DNA of 64,000 nucleotides, from positions 1-64,000 of the forward strand of contig JBGTGT010000011.1 in the NCBI GenBank assembly GCA_041746575.1, written 5' to 3'. Every line of letters starts with the position of its first letter. Position 1 is the stretch's first letter. The translations under genes were made by a program, and so were the position numbers. The notes beneath the pieces were generated by a model, which did no database searches, had not been told where the DNA came from, and was given only the letters and a program-made list of their open reading frames with translations. Source of the stretch: Microcystaceae cyanobacterium. Lineage in GTDB: Bacteria; Cyanobacteriota; Cyanobacteriia; Cyanobacteriales; Microcystaceae. Shown here piece by piece: positions 20,576 through 32,075 of this stretch.

Positions 20576-22807
20576 TTAGAACCATTCATCCTCATCCCAG
20601 TCATTTTCGACAGGAATATTCCGTTTTTGTTTGCGACTGTAATAACGATCCGAATCTGCCGAATAATCCGGCGGGGGTTCACGGCGATCGCGACGCTCAT
20701 CATAGCGTTCTGTATTGGTGGGAGGACGTTGGGAAGGACGACGACGAGGTGCCTCATCTAGCCACTGGTCTTCAGTGTAACCCGAATTATTACCTTGATA
20801 CCGTTGTTGAACGGGGGGTCTTTCGTCATACCGATTAGGATAACGTTCGGTACGAGTATAGCGAGATTCTTCGTAGGGATTGCGATCGGGGGACGGGGGA
20901 CGACGGGGCGGATAGGGATAGTCATCCTCTAGATCATCTCCCACTAAGGTGCGACGAATCGCCCCGAAAAAGCCCTCATCTTCCTCATCACTGTACTGGA
21001 GTCTTACCTCTCGGTTTAGCTCGTATAAAACGTCTTGTAGGTCAGCCTGAGCGCGATCTAAGCGTCTCTCATCATCTCGGCCAAGACTATCAATAATTTC
21101 CGTACTGAGAGCGTCAATTTGGCGACGATAGGGAGTGACAAAGGAACTGCCAAAGTCAAGGGTCACTTCTTTTAAGCGACGTTGAGCTTGATCGGTTAAG
21201 GCTTTAGCACGATTACGTTTTTCGACTCTTTCCCGTCTTTGACGATCTTCTTGGGCAAATTGGTCTGCTTCTTGGATCATGCGATTAATTTCCATCTCAC
21301 TGAGAGTAGAAGCTCCTTGTACGGTGATACTCTGTTCTCGCCCAGTGGTTTTATCCCTTGCCGTCACCTGTAAAATGCCGTTGGCATCAATATCAAAGGC
21401 CACTTGAATCTGGGGTACACCCCGGGGAGCAGGCGGAATTCCCGTTAATTTAAAGCGTCCTAAGGATTTGTTGTCCTTAGCCATTTCCCGTTCCCCTTGC
21501 ACGACATGAATTTCCACCAAGGTTTGATTATTTTCCCCCGTCGAAAAGACATCAGAGCGTCTAACGGGAATGGTCGTATTACGGGGAATTAGGCGTTTGG
21601 TTACGCCTCCAATCGTTTCTAATCCCAAGGAAAGGGGCGTCACATCGAGTAAAAGAATATCTTTGACTTGTCCGGCTAAAATTCCCGCTTGAATAGCTGC
21701 TCCTACTGCGACAACCTCATCGGGGTTCACGTTTTCATTGGGTTCGCGATCAATAAAACTGCGAACAAGGGCTTTCACCATAGGCATTCGCGTTGCGCCC
21801 CCGACTAACACCACTTCGTCAATTTGTACTGGACTTAATCCAGCATCCGATAACGCCCGTTGAATGGGGCGACGAAGACGACTGACGAGATCCCCGCATA
21901 AATCTTGAAATTCTGCCCGCGAGAGTTGGGTTTCAATGTGCTTTGGCCCCTCTTCGGTGGCAGTAATAAAGGGCAAGTTAATCTCAGTGACACTGACCCC
22001 TGATAGTTCAATTTTGGCTTTTTCTGCCGCTTCCGTAAGCCGTTGTAAGGACTGTCTATCTTTACGCAGATCCACTCCTTCTTTTTCTAAAAACTGGTCA
22101 GCCATCCAGTCAACAATACGTTTATCAAAATCGTTACCCCCTAATTGGGTATCCCCACTGGTAGATCTCACTTCAAATACGCCATCGCCGACTTCTAAGA
22201 CAGAAACATCAAATGTTCCCCCTCCTAAGTCAAAAACGAGGATTTTTTGGTTTCTTTGTTGTTCTAAGCCATAAGCTAAGGCGGCGGCAGTGGGCTCGTT
22301 TAAAATCCGTAAAACGTCTAATCCTGCAATTCGTCCAGCATCGCGTGTCGCTTGTCGTTGAGCATCATTAAAATAGGCCGGAACGGCAATCACTGCTCCT
22401 GTGACTTCTTCCCCTAGATAACGACCGGCTTCCTCTGCAAGTTTCCGCAAAACCATGGCCGACACTTCTTCGGAAGCAAAGTCTTTTTTGAGGCGAGGAC
22501 AGCGAATTTTAATATTTCCTGCGTCATCCCGCCGAATGGTATAAGAAACCTGTTTTGAGGCGGGGTGTAATTCAGCGTATTTTCGCCCCATAAATCGCTT
22601 GACCCAGTAATAAGTATTTTGGGGGTTAAGAACGGCTTGTCGTCTCGCCATTTGTCCCACGACTAATTCCCCTTCTTTGTTAAATCCAACCACGGAAGGA
22701 GTGGTACGCATACCTTCTGAATTCGCAATTACAACGGGTTTTCCTCCTTCCATAACAGCGACAACGGAATTGGTTGTCCCTAGGTCAATGCCGACTACTC
22801 TTCCCAT
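20576..22807 (-). CDS. dnaK3: Chaperone DnaK3 with long charged C-terminal extension
   Basis: GIDLGTTNS and [10 protein letters not shown]; tail ending [10 protein letters not shown] typical of cyanobacterial DnaK3; followed by dnaJ. Confidence 0.9.
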   Translation of the reverse strand: MGRVVGIDLGTTNSVVAVMEGGKPVVIANSEGMRTTPSVVGFNKEGELVVGQMARRQAVLNPQNTYYWVKRFMGRKYAELHPASKQVSYTIRRDDAGNIKIRCPRLKKDFASEEVSAMVLRKLAEEAGRYLGEEVTGAVIAVPAYFNDAQRQATRDAGRIAGLDVLRILNEPTAAALAYGLEQQRNQKILVFDLGGGTFDVSVLEVGDGVFEVRSTSGDTQLGGNDFDKRIVDWMADQFLEKEGVDLRKDRQSLQRLTEAAEKAKIELSGVSVTEINLPFITATEEGPKHIETQLSRAEFQDLCGDLVSRLRRPIQRALSDAGLSPVQIDEVVLVGGATRMPMVKALVRSFIDREPNENVNPDEVVAVGAAIQAGILAGQVKDILLLDVTPLSLGLETIGGVTKRLIPRNTTIPVRRSDVFSTGENNQTLVEIHVVQGEREMAKDNKSLGRFKLTGIPPAPRGVPQIQVAFDIDANGILQVTARDKTTGREQSITVQGASTLSEMEINRMIQEADQFAQEDRQRRERVEKRNRAKALTDQAQRRLKEVTLDFGSSFVTPYRRQIDALSTEIIDSLGRDDERRLDRAQADLQDVLYELNREVRLQYSDEEDEGFFGAIRRTLVGDDLEDDYPYPPRRPPSPDRNPYEESRYTRTERYPNRYDERPPVQQRYQGNNSGYTEDQWLDEAPRRRPSQRPPTNTERYDERRDRREPPPDYSADSDRYYSRKQKRNIPVENDWDEDEWF

Positions 22808-22927
22808 GCTGTCTTTTGTTCTCCCTTTATTGGCTCGTTTGAGAGTCTATCTTGATTCAGTTGATCTTGACAATATTCTACCGAATAGCCGAAGAGTAAT
22901 TCAAAAGATTACTCCCAGAGATAAATG

Positions 22928-22953
22928 AAAAAACCCCACCTGAAGGTGGAGTT
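22928..22953 (-). terminator. Intrinsic terminator of psaLI
   Basis: - strand AACTCCACCT-TC-AGGTGGGGTT followed by TTTT. Confidence 0.7.
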
Positions 22954-22982
22954 CTAGACATTTTGCCTAAAAAACACGGATC

Positions 22983-23099
22983 TTAAGCATCACTTTCAAT
23001 GTAAATGAATAAAAGTCCCATCACAACGGCAGGCATTAACCAGCAAACAACGGGAATTAAGATCCAAGGTAGGTAAGATGCAGCGTAAGCACCAGTCAT
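22983..23099 (-). CDS. psaI: Photosystem I subunit VIII (38 aa, below the ORF-track cutoff)
   Basis: Hand translation: [46 protein letters not shown]; directly after psaL. Confidence 0.96.
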   Translation of the reverse strand: MTGAYAASYLPWILIPVVCWLMPAVVMGLLFIYIESDA

Positions 23100-23152
23100 T
23101 GCAAAAATCTCCTAATTTATTTTAATTTTAACCTAAACTTGTCTGAGAAAGC

Positions 23153-23635
23153 CTAATTAAAGACTCCTCTCATGATGCCGTCAACCACATCTAAGTTTTG
23201 CAGGAGGAAGTAAGCTACGAAGGCACCTCCCATCCCTCCAATGAAAAAGCCGGCGGCGAATTGACTCCAACCGTCCTCAGTTTGTAAGGTGTCGGGGACT
23301 CCATCCGGTGCTTTTTGGAAGGAAACCAGTCCATAGATAGCTAAACAAGCAGTAGCAATAAGAATCAACGCTAAAGCCGAAATTAATCCGCCTAAATAAG
23401 CATATTCGGAATCCCGCAGGGGACCGAGTTTTGTCCAAGGGCCAATTAAGAAGTAGCCATGGGCCATGCCAATTTCTAAGCCCCGTAAAATGGGGGATAA
23501 TCCCTTACGGTAGGCGGGTAAATTGCCGATAAAGGCTCTTGTAAAGCCAGAATCAGAGATAGGGGTGGATAAATGCCCAATAAAGGGATCACCGTGATAG
23601 GGTTGAACAACCTGTGTGTATTCGGTTTCTGCCAT
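23153..23635 (-). CDS. psaL: Photosystem I subunit XI
   Basis: [31 protein letters not shown]. Confidence 0.97.
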   Translation of the reverse strand: MAETEYTQVVQPYHGDPFIGHLSTPISDSGFTRAFIGNLPAYRKGLSPILRGLEIGMAHGYFLIGPWTKLGPLRDSEYAYLGGLISALALILIATACLAIYGLVSFQKAPDGVPDTLQTEDGWSQFAAGFFIGGMGGAFVAYFLLQNLDVVDGIMRGVFN

Positions 23636-23739
23636 TTTGACTCAGTTCTCCTAGTGGTAATCGTTGCTAGGTGACTAGCTAAACTTAAGATTACATTTTA
23701 CGCAGGTAGGGGCAAATCATTGGCGATTATTGCACGGTT

Positions 23740-23757
23740 GTTACATAAGTTTAAGAA
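23740..23757. promoter_or_regulatory. HLR1-like (RpaB) site upstream of psaL
   Basis: GTTACATA-AG-TTTAAGAA approximates (G/T)TTACA(T/A)(T/A)-N2 repeats; lies about 40-57 bp upstream of a TAAAAT -10 candidate (23695-23700, - strand). Confidence 0.55.
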
Positions 23758-23813
23758 TCCAGCGAGCAGTGACCTGTTCATCGCTTTTTTGTTAGGGGCG
23801 TCCTTCCGAACGT

Positions 23814-25034
23814 TTATTTGAGCAAAAATAACTTAACGTTACTCCATAATTTATTGAGTTTAACCCAGAGATATCGCTTTAGCCCTTGGGAGGCTTTTTC
23901 TAGTTTGTACTCGAATAAAACAGCCATAATATCTTGAATATTGAGATATTTTAAATACTTTACGCCTCGATCAATTTGTTGATCGCTATATTCTAAATAA
24001 ACTTTACGATTAATCCCTTCACATTGATTCCAGCGTCGGCTATAGCGGTTTTTTAGTTCTTGTTGATAGGCAGAAAAATCGTGAATTTGGCCGGACAAAT
24101 GCTGATGAATATACTTAGCCCCAATTTCAGCCCCTTCCATGCCGTGTCGAATCCCCTCTCCTCCTAGAAAGTTAACCATAGAAACCGCATCTCCGATAGC
24201 AATAATATTATCCTTGTAGTAAATGTCATTTAAGCCCGAAGAATAGTCTAAAATTGAGCCATGACTGTCAATTAATTTGTAGTTATCTAACTTTAAATAA
24301 TTGCCAATAATCTGATGAATATAATATTTTAGAGGTTTTAATTCTTTAATAACTTTGTGATTTCCTTCTAAGAAAGCAGATCCCACTTTTAAACGATAAT
24401 TATCCATTGGAAAAATCCAAGAGTAGCCTTGAGGACTCCATTTATACCCTAAAAAAAAGCTTAAACTTTCAGCATATTGTTGATAAATCGTCGGCTCAAT
24501 TTGAATAATATATTCAATACCAACTCCTTTATAAAACGGGGGTTTATTTTTCTTGTTGGCATAAATTACTGCCCTTGTGTAACCTGTTGCATCTACTAAA
24601 AGACGAGTTTTAAGGGTGATTTTGTTGCCTTTTCTCTGTTGTAAAGTAACGGAAATTTGATTGTGCTCTTGTTCATAATTAATATAACGGTGACCCAACC
24701 AAAGCGTTCCTCCCTTTCTCTGCATATCTTCCGCTAAAAATTGTCTGAGTTGGGCGAAATCAAAAACAACCCCCAAAGGATTTTCAGATTGCCAATGACG
24801 CGTAACATTACTGGCAATAATATCTAATTTTCGCCAATAGGTTGCCACCGTCGAAGAAGGTAAATTAAACTGTTCTATCGTTTTTAAAGGACTGCCGGCA
24901 CTGGAAAAATTATTTTGTTGAAATGTCTCTAATTGTTCAACTAATAGGACATTATAGCCTAATTGACTCAAAAGACGACCACAGTGACCTCCTGCCGGCC
25001 CTGCGCCAATAATTATTACCTCAAATTCTTGCAT
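23814..25034 (-). CDS. FAD-dependent oxidoreductase, geranylgeranyl-reductase-like family
   Basis: GAGPAG, VDATG, GYSWIFP, GDA...GGEGI motifs. Confidence 0.8.
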   Translation of the reverse strand: MQEFEVIIIGAGPAGGHCGRLLSQLGYNVLLVEQLETFQQNNFSSAGSPLKTIEQFNLPSSTVATYWRKLDIIASNVTRHWQSENPLGVVFDFAQLRQFLAEDMQRKGGTLWLGHRYINYEQEHNQISVTLQQRKGNKITLKTRLLVDATGYTRAVIYANKKNKPPFYKGVGIEYIIQIEPTIYQQYAESLSFFLGYKWSPQGYSWIFPMDNYRLKVGSAFLEGNHKVIKELKPLKYYIHQIIGNYLKLDNYKLIDSHGSILDYSSGLNDIYYKDNIIAIGDAVSMVNFLGGEGIRHGMEGAEIGAKYIHQHLSGQIHDFSAYQQELKNRYSRRWNQCEGINRKVYLEYSDQQIDRGVKYLKYLNIQDIMAVLFEYKLEKASQGLKRYLWVKLNKLWSNVKLFLLK

Positions 25035-25090
25035 AATGATGAATTGTTAATCATAAAATAATTAAACGTAAATGACTAAAGCGTTAATTA

Positions 25091-26161
25091 TCAACCCGAA
25101 AAGTTTAACACTGAATCCCTAGCTGAAGATAACTCAGTCGGCTGAAAAGCTCCTTTTTCAGTAATAATTGCCGTAATAAAAGCGGCCGGTGTCACATCAA
25201 AGGCAGGATTATAAAAATCTACCCCTTGAGGACACAAAATCGTTTGATTTATTTGATAAATTTCGGCTGAATCTCTTTCTTCAATCGGAATTTGAGATCC
25301 CGTTTCTAAGGTAAAATCAATAGTAGAAAGTGGGGCGGCCACATAAAAAGGAATGTGATGCTGTTGAGACAAAACTGCTAACCCATAAGTGCCAATTTTA
25401 TTAGCGGTATCGCCATTTTTCGCAATTCTATCTGCCCCTACAATCACTCCATCAATCCAGCCTTTTTGCATACAATGGGCGGCCATATTATCCGTAATAA
25501 CGGTTACGGGGATTCTCTCATGAACACATTCCCACGCCGTTAATTTTGCCCCCTGTAAGCGAGGACGAGTTTCATCTGCATAGACTCGTTTTAATCGTCT
25601 GGCCGACCATGCGGCACGAATAACGCCTAAAGCCGTACCATAACCAGCAGTTGCCAGTGCTCCTGCATTACAATGCGTTAATAAAGTTAATTTGTCAGGA
25701 TTTTGCGGTAAAATTGCTAAACCTTGTTGACCAATGGCTTGACAGGTATTCAAATCTTCTAATTGAATATTTTTAGCGGTTTCTAAAAGTTTTTCTTTGA
25801 TTTCTACGACAGTTCCAATACTTTCATAAGCAATCTTAAGCATTCTTGAAATTGCCCAGAATAGATTAACAGCAGTAGGGCGAGTTTGACGTAACTGTTG
25901 GGCAACTGTTTCTAATTTTTTAATAAAATCTTCCCTTTTTGAGGTCTTAATCTCTCTAGCCCCTAAATACATTCCATAACCAGCCGCAACGCCGATCGCT
26001 GGCGCACCTCGTACTATCATGGTTTTAATCGCAGTTACCATGTCTTCATAGCGATTAATTTCAACAATAGTATATTCATGGGGTAATAGGGTCTGATCAA
26101 TCAATTTTACCCGATCTTCGTGCCAGATAACGGGGTAGATGGGTACAGTAGGAAGATTCAT
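25091..26161 (-). CDS. mtnA: Methylthioribose-1-phosphate isomerase
   Basis: [41 protein letters not shown]. Confidence 0.95.
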   Translation of the reverse strand: MNLPTVPIYPVIWHEDRVKLIDQTLLPHEYTIVEINRYEDMVTAIKTMIVRGAPAIGVAAGYGMYLGAREIKTSKREDFIKKLETVAQQLRQTRPTAVNLFWAISRMLKIAYESIGTVVEIKEKLLETAKNIQLEDLNTCQAIGQQGLAILPQNPDKLTLLTHCNAGALATAGYGTALGVIRAAWSARRLKRVYADETRPRLQGAKLTAWECVHERIPVTVITDNMAAHCMQKGWIDGVIVGADRIAKNGDTANKIGTYGLAVLSQQHHIPFYVAAPLSTIDFTLETGSQIPIEERDSAEIYQINQTILCPQGVDFYNPAFDVTPAAFITAIITEKGAFQPTELSSARDSVLNFSG

Positions 26162-26233
26162 GACAAAATGACAAAATTAGATTATGGTAATTGAAGTTAT
26201 TGTATCGCCTTTTTTGAAATTTTTCCCAAGATT

Positions 26234-26776
26234 ATGACGAATGAATTAAAGATCGAATTGCTCAGCGGATTGGCCGATTTACCCTACTTAAATGACCAAG
26301 GAGAATTGCCGAATGATTTAGCAGGAAAAATCGGAGTTTATGCTATTTTCAATCAAGATAAAATTTTACAATTTATTGGTTATTCTCGTAATATTGCCTT
26401 GAGCTTAAAGCAACATTTTGTTCGTCAAAGTCAAAATTGTTACTGGCTAAAAGTCAAAGTAATTTCTCGCCCTAGTCGAACTTTATTAGAAGATATTAAA
26501 CAAGCTTGGCTACAAGAAAATGGCACAATTCCCATCGGTAATTCAGAAAATGAAGCCCAATGGACACAACCCATTGATGCCAAACTGATGATGACTTCAC
26601 AAGAAAAAAAGAATTTTGAAAATACTGACGAACTTGGCAAAATTAAACTTTTAAAACAAGTTTCTCGTAAAGTTGAAGAACAAATCAAAGAACAATTACA
26701 AACCAGAGGATTTAAAGAAGCGGTGCGTTTTAATCCTAAACTAAAAGAACAAGGATTACTGGACTTAAAGGACTAA
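26234..26776 (+). CDS. GIY-YIG-like domain protein (cyanobacterial/plastid type)
   Basis: GVYAIF...FIGYSR and C-terminal FNPKLKEQGLLDLK. Confidence 0.75.
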   Translation: MTNELKIELLSGLADLPYLNDQGELPNDLAGKIGVYAIFNQDKILQFIGYSRNIALSLKQHFVRQSQNCYWLKVKVISRPSRTLLEDIKQAWLQENGTIPIGNSENEAQWTQPIDAKLMMTSQEKKNFENTDELGKIKLLKQVSRKVEEQIKEQLQTRGFKEAVRFNPKLKEQGLLDLKD

Positions 26777-26788
26777 GGAATCATCATA

Positions 26789-27565
26789 ATGTTAAAGTAT
26801 TGGCAAGAAGCGATGGCAGTTGCTCGACGCATTTTAATTGAACTATGGCGACGCAAACGAAGTTTAATTTTTTGGACAATTTTTCCTCTTTTGATTTTCT
26901 TCCTCAATAGCTACATTTTAGCGGAAAGAGCCAATCTTTCTTTAGCCAAAGCAATGAATTATGCCGCCCCATCGAGTTTAATTGGTGCCGCTTTATTTTT
27001 TAGTTGTTTAGGGGGAAGTTTAGCAACCGTTGTCGCAGAAAGAGAACAGAAAACTTTAAAACGTTTATTTCTTTCTCCTCTGAGTGGCTTATCTTATTTT
27101 TTAGGAATTTTCATTGCTCAAAGTTGTATTGGTATCGGGCAAAGTTTACTGGTTGCTATTGTGGCAGGTTTCTGGGGAAGCGAATTCCAAGGAAATCTTT
27201 TTTTAGGATTTCTCATCGTCTTTTTAAGTTTATTGTGCTATGTGGGAGTGGGCTTTATTTTAGGAACACAATTGGCAAGAAGAACGGAAGATGTTAATGC
27301 GTTGGTGGCAACTTTTGGTGTTCCTTTATTAATTTTAGGGGGGGCTTTTATGCCAAGTTCGTTATTTCCAGAAAAACTATTAGAGTTAGCCAGTTTCAAT
27401 CCTATTTATCACATGAATGAAGCGTTAACCGCCGTGTGGGCAAAGGGAGAAACTTTAGAAGATATTCAACCTCATTTGGAATTTTTATTGGCTTGCACAT
27501 CAGTTTCTATTTTAGGCGCATGGTTATCTTATCAACGGATGTTACGAGTTGAAAGAAGATTGTAA
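26789..27565 (+). CDS. ABC-2 type transporter permease
   Basis: Six TM helices; EREQKTLKRLFLSPL; NPIYH. Confidence 0.85.
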   Translation: MLKYWQEAMAVARRILIELWRRKRSLIFWTIFPLLIFFLNSYILAERANLSLAKAMNYAAPSSLIGAALFFSCLGGSLATVVAEREQKTLKRLFLSPLSGLSYFLGIFIAQSCIGIGQSLLVAIVAGFWGSEFQGNLFLGFLIVFLSLLCYVGVGFILGTQLARRTEDVNALVATFGVPLLILGGAFMPSSLFPEKLLELASFNPIYHMNEALTAVWAKGETLEDIQPHLEFLLACTSVSILGAWLSYQRMLRVERRL

Positions 27566-27593
27566 ATTTAGTAAAGTGTTTAATCGTAATTTA

Positions 27594-28346
27594 ATGATGA
27601 ATCAATCCAATAGTGTTAATCCATTTCTTTATGCTTACCCTCCTTTAATAGCAGGAAAACTGATTAAGCGTTATAAACGATTTTTAGCAGATATCGTCTT
27701 AGAATCCGGAGAAATTATTACAGCACATTGTCCAAATACAGGGCCAATGACAGGGGTTTGTACCCCAGATAGCCCCGTTTATGTTTCTTATAGCGATAAT
27801 CCTAAGCGTAAATTACCCTATACGTGGGAACTTATTCAAGTTAATGACATCAAACCCACATGGGTGGGAATTAATACTGCTCTACCCAATCGGGTGATTA
27901 AAATTGCGTTAGAAAAACATCTTTTTTCTGAATTAAAAGATCAATATACGCAAATTCGTACCGAAGTTCCCTATGGAGAAAAACAGAAAAGTCGGATTGA
28001 CTTCTTATTAACCGGAGTGGCAACAAAACCTATTTATCTTGAAGTTAAAAATACCACTTTAAGTCAAGGAAAAATTGCCCTTTTTCCCGATACGGTTACC
28101 ACTAGAGGACAAAAACATTTAATGGAGTTAATGGCTCTACTGCCTTCTGCTAAACCAATAATGTTATATTTTATTAATCGTGACGATTGCGAACAATTTA
28201 AGACAGGAGATGAATTTGATCCTGTGTATGGAAAATTATTCTGTCAAGCGATTGAATTGGGGGTAACCGTTTTACCCTGTCGCTTTGAAGTGACACCGCA
28301 GGGGATTCGCTATTTAGGATTAGCTGAAAGAGTTATAGAATTGTAA
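27594..28346 (+). CDS. sfsA: DNA/RNA nuclease SfsA
   Basis: RYKRFLAD, HCPNTGPM, SRIDF, EVKN, FPDTVTTRGQKHL; ATG at 27594 or 27597. Confidence 0.93.
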   Translation: MMNQSNSVNPFLYAYPPLIAGKLIKRYKRFLADIVLESGEIITAHCPNTGPMTGVCTPDSPVYVSYSDNPKRKLPYTWELIQVNDIKPTWVGINTALPNRVIKIALEKHLFSELKDQYTQIRTEVPYGEKQKSRIDFLLTGVATKPIYLEVKNTTLSQGKIALFPDTVTTRGQKHLMELMALLPSAKPIMLYFINRDDCEQFKTGDEFDPVYGKLFCQAIELGVTVLPCRFEVTPQGIRYLGLAERVIEL

Positions 28347-28351
28347 ATTGC

Positions 28352-28433
28352 AGATTTTAGATTTGTTGTAGATTTTTCCCTGCTTGAAAGACAAGGACTT
28401 ATCTTTTAATTTTTAATCTTCAATCTAAAATCT
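28352..28433. repeat. Inverted heptamer-type repeat between convergent sfsA and clpB
   Basis: AGATTTTAGATT (28352-28363) and AATCTAAAATCT (28422-28433). Confidence 0.4.
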
Positions 28434-28459
28434 TTGGTCAAAATCTAGACCCTTTTTTC

Positions 28460-31141
28460 TTAAGTTTTCACCGACGAGGGTTTGTCTACTACTTCAACAA
28501 CAACCGAAGAAATCAAAGGCTTCTTATTAAAAATTAAACCCTGTTCTCCCGCCTTAACTAAGATAGTGTCTTCAGGAATAAAAGCATTTTCTAGGATTTT
28601 TGTGGCAATGGGATTTTCAATTTGCCGTTGAATCGCCCGCTTTAGGGGTCTAGCACCAAAAGAAGGATCATAACCGACATTAACAATATAATCAATCGCC
28701 TCGTCAGTTAATTCCAAGGTAATCTTTTGTTCCGATAACAATTGTTCAATGCGCTTAATCTGAATTGTGACAATATTACGTAATTGATCCCGTCTTAAAG
28801 TATGGAAAATAATCAAGTCATCAATACGGTTAAGAAACTCAGGGCGAAAATGCTTTCTTAACGCTTGTAAAACCCGTTTGCGCATGGTTTCATAGTCTGA
28901 ATCATCAGCAGACACATTTAAAATATGTTCACTGCCAATATTACTGGTCATCACAATAATGGTATTCCGAAAGTCCACAACACGCCCTTGAGAATCGGTA
29001 ATTCTCCCATCATCTAACACCTGTAAAAGAATATTAAAAACATCGACGTGGGCTTTTTCTACCTCATCTAACAGTACTACCGCATAAGGACGACGACGTA
29101 CTGCCTCCGAAAGTTGTCCTCCTTCTTCATACCCTACATACCCCGGTGGCGCACCCACTAAGCGAGAAACAGCATGTTTTTCCATGTATTCCGACATATC
29201 AATGCGAATCATCGCCTCTTCGCTGTCAAAGAGGAATTGTGCCAATGCTCGTGCTAATTCGGTTTTTCCGACCCCTGTTGGCCCCATAAAGAGAAATGAA
29301 CCGATTGGACGGCTAGGATCTTTCATTCCCGCTCTCGCACGACGAATTGCCGCTGCTACCGCTTCTACTGCTTCCGATTGGCCAATGACTCGTTGGTGAA
29401 TATGACCTTCTAATTGCAGTAATTTCTGCCTTTCGGACTCTAAAAGGCGACTAATCGGAATTCCTGTCCATCCTGCCACAATTTCAGCAATATCAGATTC
29501 TGTCACTTGTTCTCGCAACAAGGCTGTTTCTTCAGCTTGAATTTCTAGCAATTTCGTCTCTTTTGCCTCCAATTCCCGTTGCAGGACTTCTAGTTTTCCA
29601 TATTTTAACTGAGCGGCTTTATTGAGGTCATAATCCCGTTCTGCCTGCTCTACTTGGCGACGCAGTTGTTCTTCCTCTTCTTTGAGGGTGTTAATTTCCG
29701 CTAACATTTGTTTTTCGGTTGTCCATTGAGAAGCTAATTGTTTTTGTGAGGCTTCTAATTCCTTAATTTCCGCTTCCATTTTTTCTAAGCGTTCTTTTGA
29801 AGCTTTATCAACAATTAACATCCCCGGACGCTTTTCTTCGCCTTCTAAGGACAGTTTTTCCATCTGTAACTGCATCAAACGACGATCAATGACCTCTAAT
29901 TCAACGGGTTTAGAGGTGATTTCCATCTTCAATTTAGCGGCCGCTTCATCTACCAGATCAATAGCTTTATCAGGAAGAAAACGGTCAGTAATGTAACGCT
30001 GGGAAAGATTAGCCGCTGCAACGAGAGCAGAATCTGTGATTTTGACACCATGATGCACTTCATAGCGTTCTTTCAGTCCCCGTAAAATCGAAATCGTATC
30101 TTCTACGGTTGGTTGCTTGACATAAACTTGCTGAAAACGTCGTTCTAAGGCAGGATCTTTCTCTATATGTTTGCGATACTCATCTAGCGTCGTTGCACCG
30201 ATACAACGTAATTCTCCCCTTGCTAACATCGGTTTAAGGAGGTTGCCCGCATCCATTGAACCCCCTTCGCGCGAACCTGCGCCAACCACGGTGTGCATCT
30301 CATCAATAAACAGGATAATTTGACCTTCTGAGTCGGTCACTTCTTTCATTACATTTCGTAAGCGTTCTTCGAATTCACCCCTGTATTTTGCTCCTGCGAT
30401 GAGGCTACCCATATCTAAACAGATTAATTGCCGATTTTTCAGCGATTCTGGCACATCTCCGTTAATAATGCGGTTTGCTAAGGCTTCAGCGATCGCCGTT
30501 TTACCAACCCCCGGTTCACCGATTAAGACAGGATTATTCTTAGAACGACGAGAAAGCACTTGAATCACCCGTCTGATCTCTTCATCACGCCCAATAACGG
30601 GATCTAACTTGCCCTTTTTCGCTTCTTCGGTGAGATCACGTCCATATTTCTCTAAAGCTTCATACTGTTCTTCTGAGTTTTGACTGGTAACCTTTTGCGT
30701 TCCTCGGATTGCTTTGATGTGAATCTCTAAGTCTTGGGGATCTAGGTTGAAACTGCGTAAGCAACGGCGACCCATTCGTTCATCTTCGGCAAATCCTATC
30801 AATAAATGCTCAATAGAGATAAATTTATCCTGCCAACTGACCCGAGAAGCTTCGGCTCGGTCTAGCATAACATCCAAACTGCGACCGAGGTAAAGTTGAT
30901 CGACGCCTACCGTTTTTGCTTGACGATTGGCAAAACTTTCTAATTGCTGTCGGAGTCGCCAAACTTCAACATTTGCTTTCTCTAAAATACGCTGAGCTAG
31001 ACCATTTTCTTGTTCTAAAACGGCTAATATTAAGTGTTCGACTTCTAGGTTCTGATTTTTGAAGCGACGCGCCACCTCTTGCGATTGGACGACGGCATCC
31101 CATGCTTGCTCTGTAAATTTATTAGGATCAGTTGGCTGCAT
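28460..31141 (-). CDS. clpB: ATP-dependent chaperone ClpB
   Basis: Two Walker A motifs ([16 protein letters not shown]); coiled-coil M domain; cyanobacterial MQPTDP N-terminus. Confidence 0.96.
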   Translation of the reverse strand: MQPTDPNKFTEQAWDAVVQSQEVARRFKNQNLEVEHLILAVLEQENGLAQRILEKANVEVWRLRQQLESFANRQAKTVGVDQLYLGRSLDVMLDRAEASRVSWQDKFISIEHLLIGFAEDERMGRRCLRSFNLDPQDLEIHIKAIRGTQKVTSQNSEEQYEALEKYGRDLTEEAKKGKLDPVIGRDEEIRRVIQVLSRRSKNNPVLIGEPGVGKTAIAEALANRIINGDVPESLKNRQLICLDMGSLIAGAKYRGEFEERLRNVMKEVTDSEGQIILFIDEMHTVVGAGSREGGSMDAGNLLKPMLARGELRCIGATTLDEYRKHIEKDPALERRFQQVYVKQPTVEDTISILRGLKERYEVHHGVKITDSALVAAANLSQRYITDRFLPDKAIDLVDEAAAKLKMEITSKPVELEVIDRRLMQLQMEKLSLEGEEKRPGMLIVDKASKERLEKMEAEIKELEASQKQLASQWTTEKQMLAEINTLKEEEEQLRRQVEQAERDYDLNKAAQLKYGKLEVLQRELEAKETKLLEIQAEETALLREQVTESDIAEIVAGWTGIPISRLLESERQKLLQLEGHIHQRVIGQSEAVEAVAAAIRRARAGMKDPSRPIGSFLFMGPTGVGKTELARALAQFLFDSEEAMIRIDMSEYMEKHAVSRLVGAPPGYVGYEEGGQLSEAVRRRPYAVVLLDEVEKAHVDVFNILLQVLDDGRITDSQGRVVDFRNTIIVMTSNIGSEHILNVSADDSDYETMRKRVLQALRKHFRPEFLNRIDDLIIFHTLRRDQLRNIVTIQIKRIEQLLSEQKITLELTDEAIDYIVNVGYDPSFGARPLKRAIQRQIENPIATKILENAFIPEDTILVKAGEQGLIFNKKPLISSVVVEVVDKPSSVKT

Positions 31142-31300
31142 TCTCTCGGTTACCGCTTAGGATTCGGGGTTTTAGAAGTATGTTACCACAAGGCGTTAGA
31201 GGTTACGGTGTTAACCCAATATAGATCCCTAAAGCCCCCTAGGGGAGTGGATCAAGACGCTATCCCTTATTTATTCTTGACAGTGAGTTTTCAAGCAAAA

Positions 31301-31609
31301 TTACAAATTTTCTTGATAATTCTTTAATAAATTCAGTAAATCGCTTTGAACAGAGGAAGGAAGCAAATTGAGCAGGGAAACTTCCAGATTGCCGCCTCCT
31401 AACGTTACAGGAATTTGACGTAAAATCTCTGTCACTGTCTTTTCAGAGAGATTGTCTTCTACTAGCAAGGAAGCGACCCTTTCTGCTAAAAACGTATGTA
31501 AATGAGCATCAGCAAGGTAAAGATGCCATTTTGCTACATCAATATAAATATTTTCGCCAATTTCGGCGGCTAAGGCTTCAATTTGTGGGGTTGAAAGAGA
31601 GTCTGTCAT
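31301..31609 (-). CDS. DUF3181-like cyanobacterial protein
   Basis: IEALAAEIGENIYIDVAKWHLYLADA...LGGG motif. Confidence 0.75.
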   Translation of the reverse strand: MTDSLSTPQIEALAAEIGENIYIDVAKWHLYLADAHLHTFLAERVASLLVEDNLSEKTVTEILRQIPVTLGGGNLEVSLLNLLPSSVQSDLLNLLKNYQENL

Positions 31610-31614
31610 AAGAT

Positions 31615-31854
31615 TTAAGTGGAGTAATCAGCGATCGCCGTAATATAGATTAAATGTAACACTAACAGTCCAGCCCAAATGCCATTGACAGTCAGTAACC
31701 ATGGCCAAGTGGCTTGTTGAATATTGTGAAAAAACCATAAACCCGAATTACAGGCCAAGAATAGAGCGACGTGAATGGCAAAATTCATGCGATCATCGAG
31801 ACGACGGTAATCAGGATCGTTGCGATCAGGTTGACGTGGCCAACGGGGGGGCAT
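31615..31854 (-). CDS. 2TM-domain membrane protein
   Basis: MPPRWPRQPDR...DDRMNFAIHVA...; two hydrophobic helices. Confidence 0.75.
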   Translation of the reverse strand: MPPRWPRQPDRNDPDYRRLDDRMNFAIHVALFLACNSGLWFFHNIQQATWPWLLTVNGIWAGLLVLHLIYITAIADYST

Positions 31855-32075
31855 AATCGTTTATACTGCGTGTCTAATTTAAGCTATTTTCAGCTTATCA
31901 TTTTATTTATACGAATGGTCGGTTAAGTTTAACCTGAGGGGTGGATCAGAGATTGGTCATTTTTCTATTGCCTAGTCTGATTAAGTCCTCGAACTTTACG
32001 TTTTGATGCTTCGTGCTTAACCCAAACTGACGTTAGAATAAGAAGGGTTTGATAACGAGAGGAATAATTGTAAAA

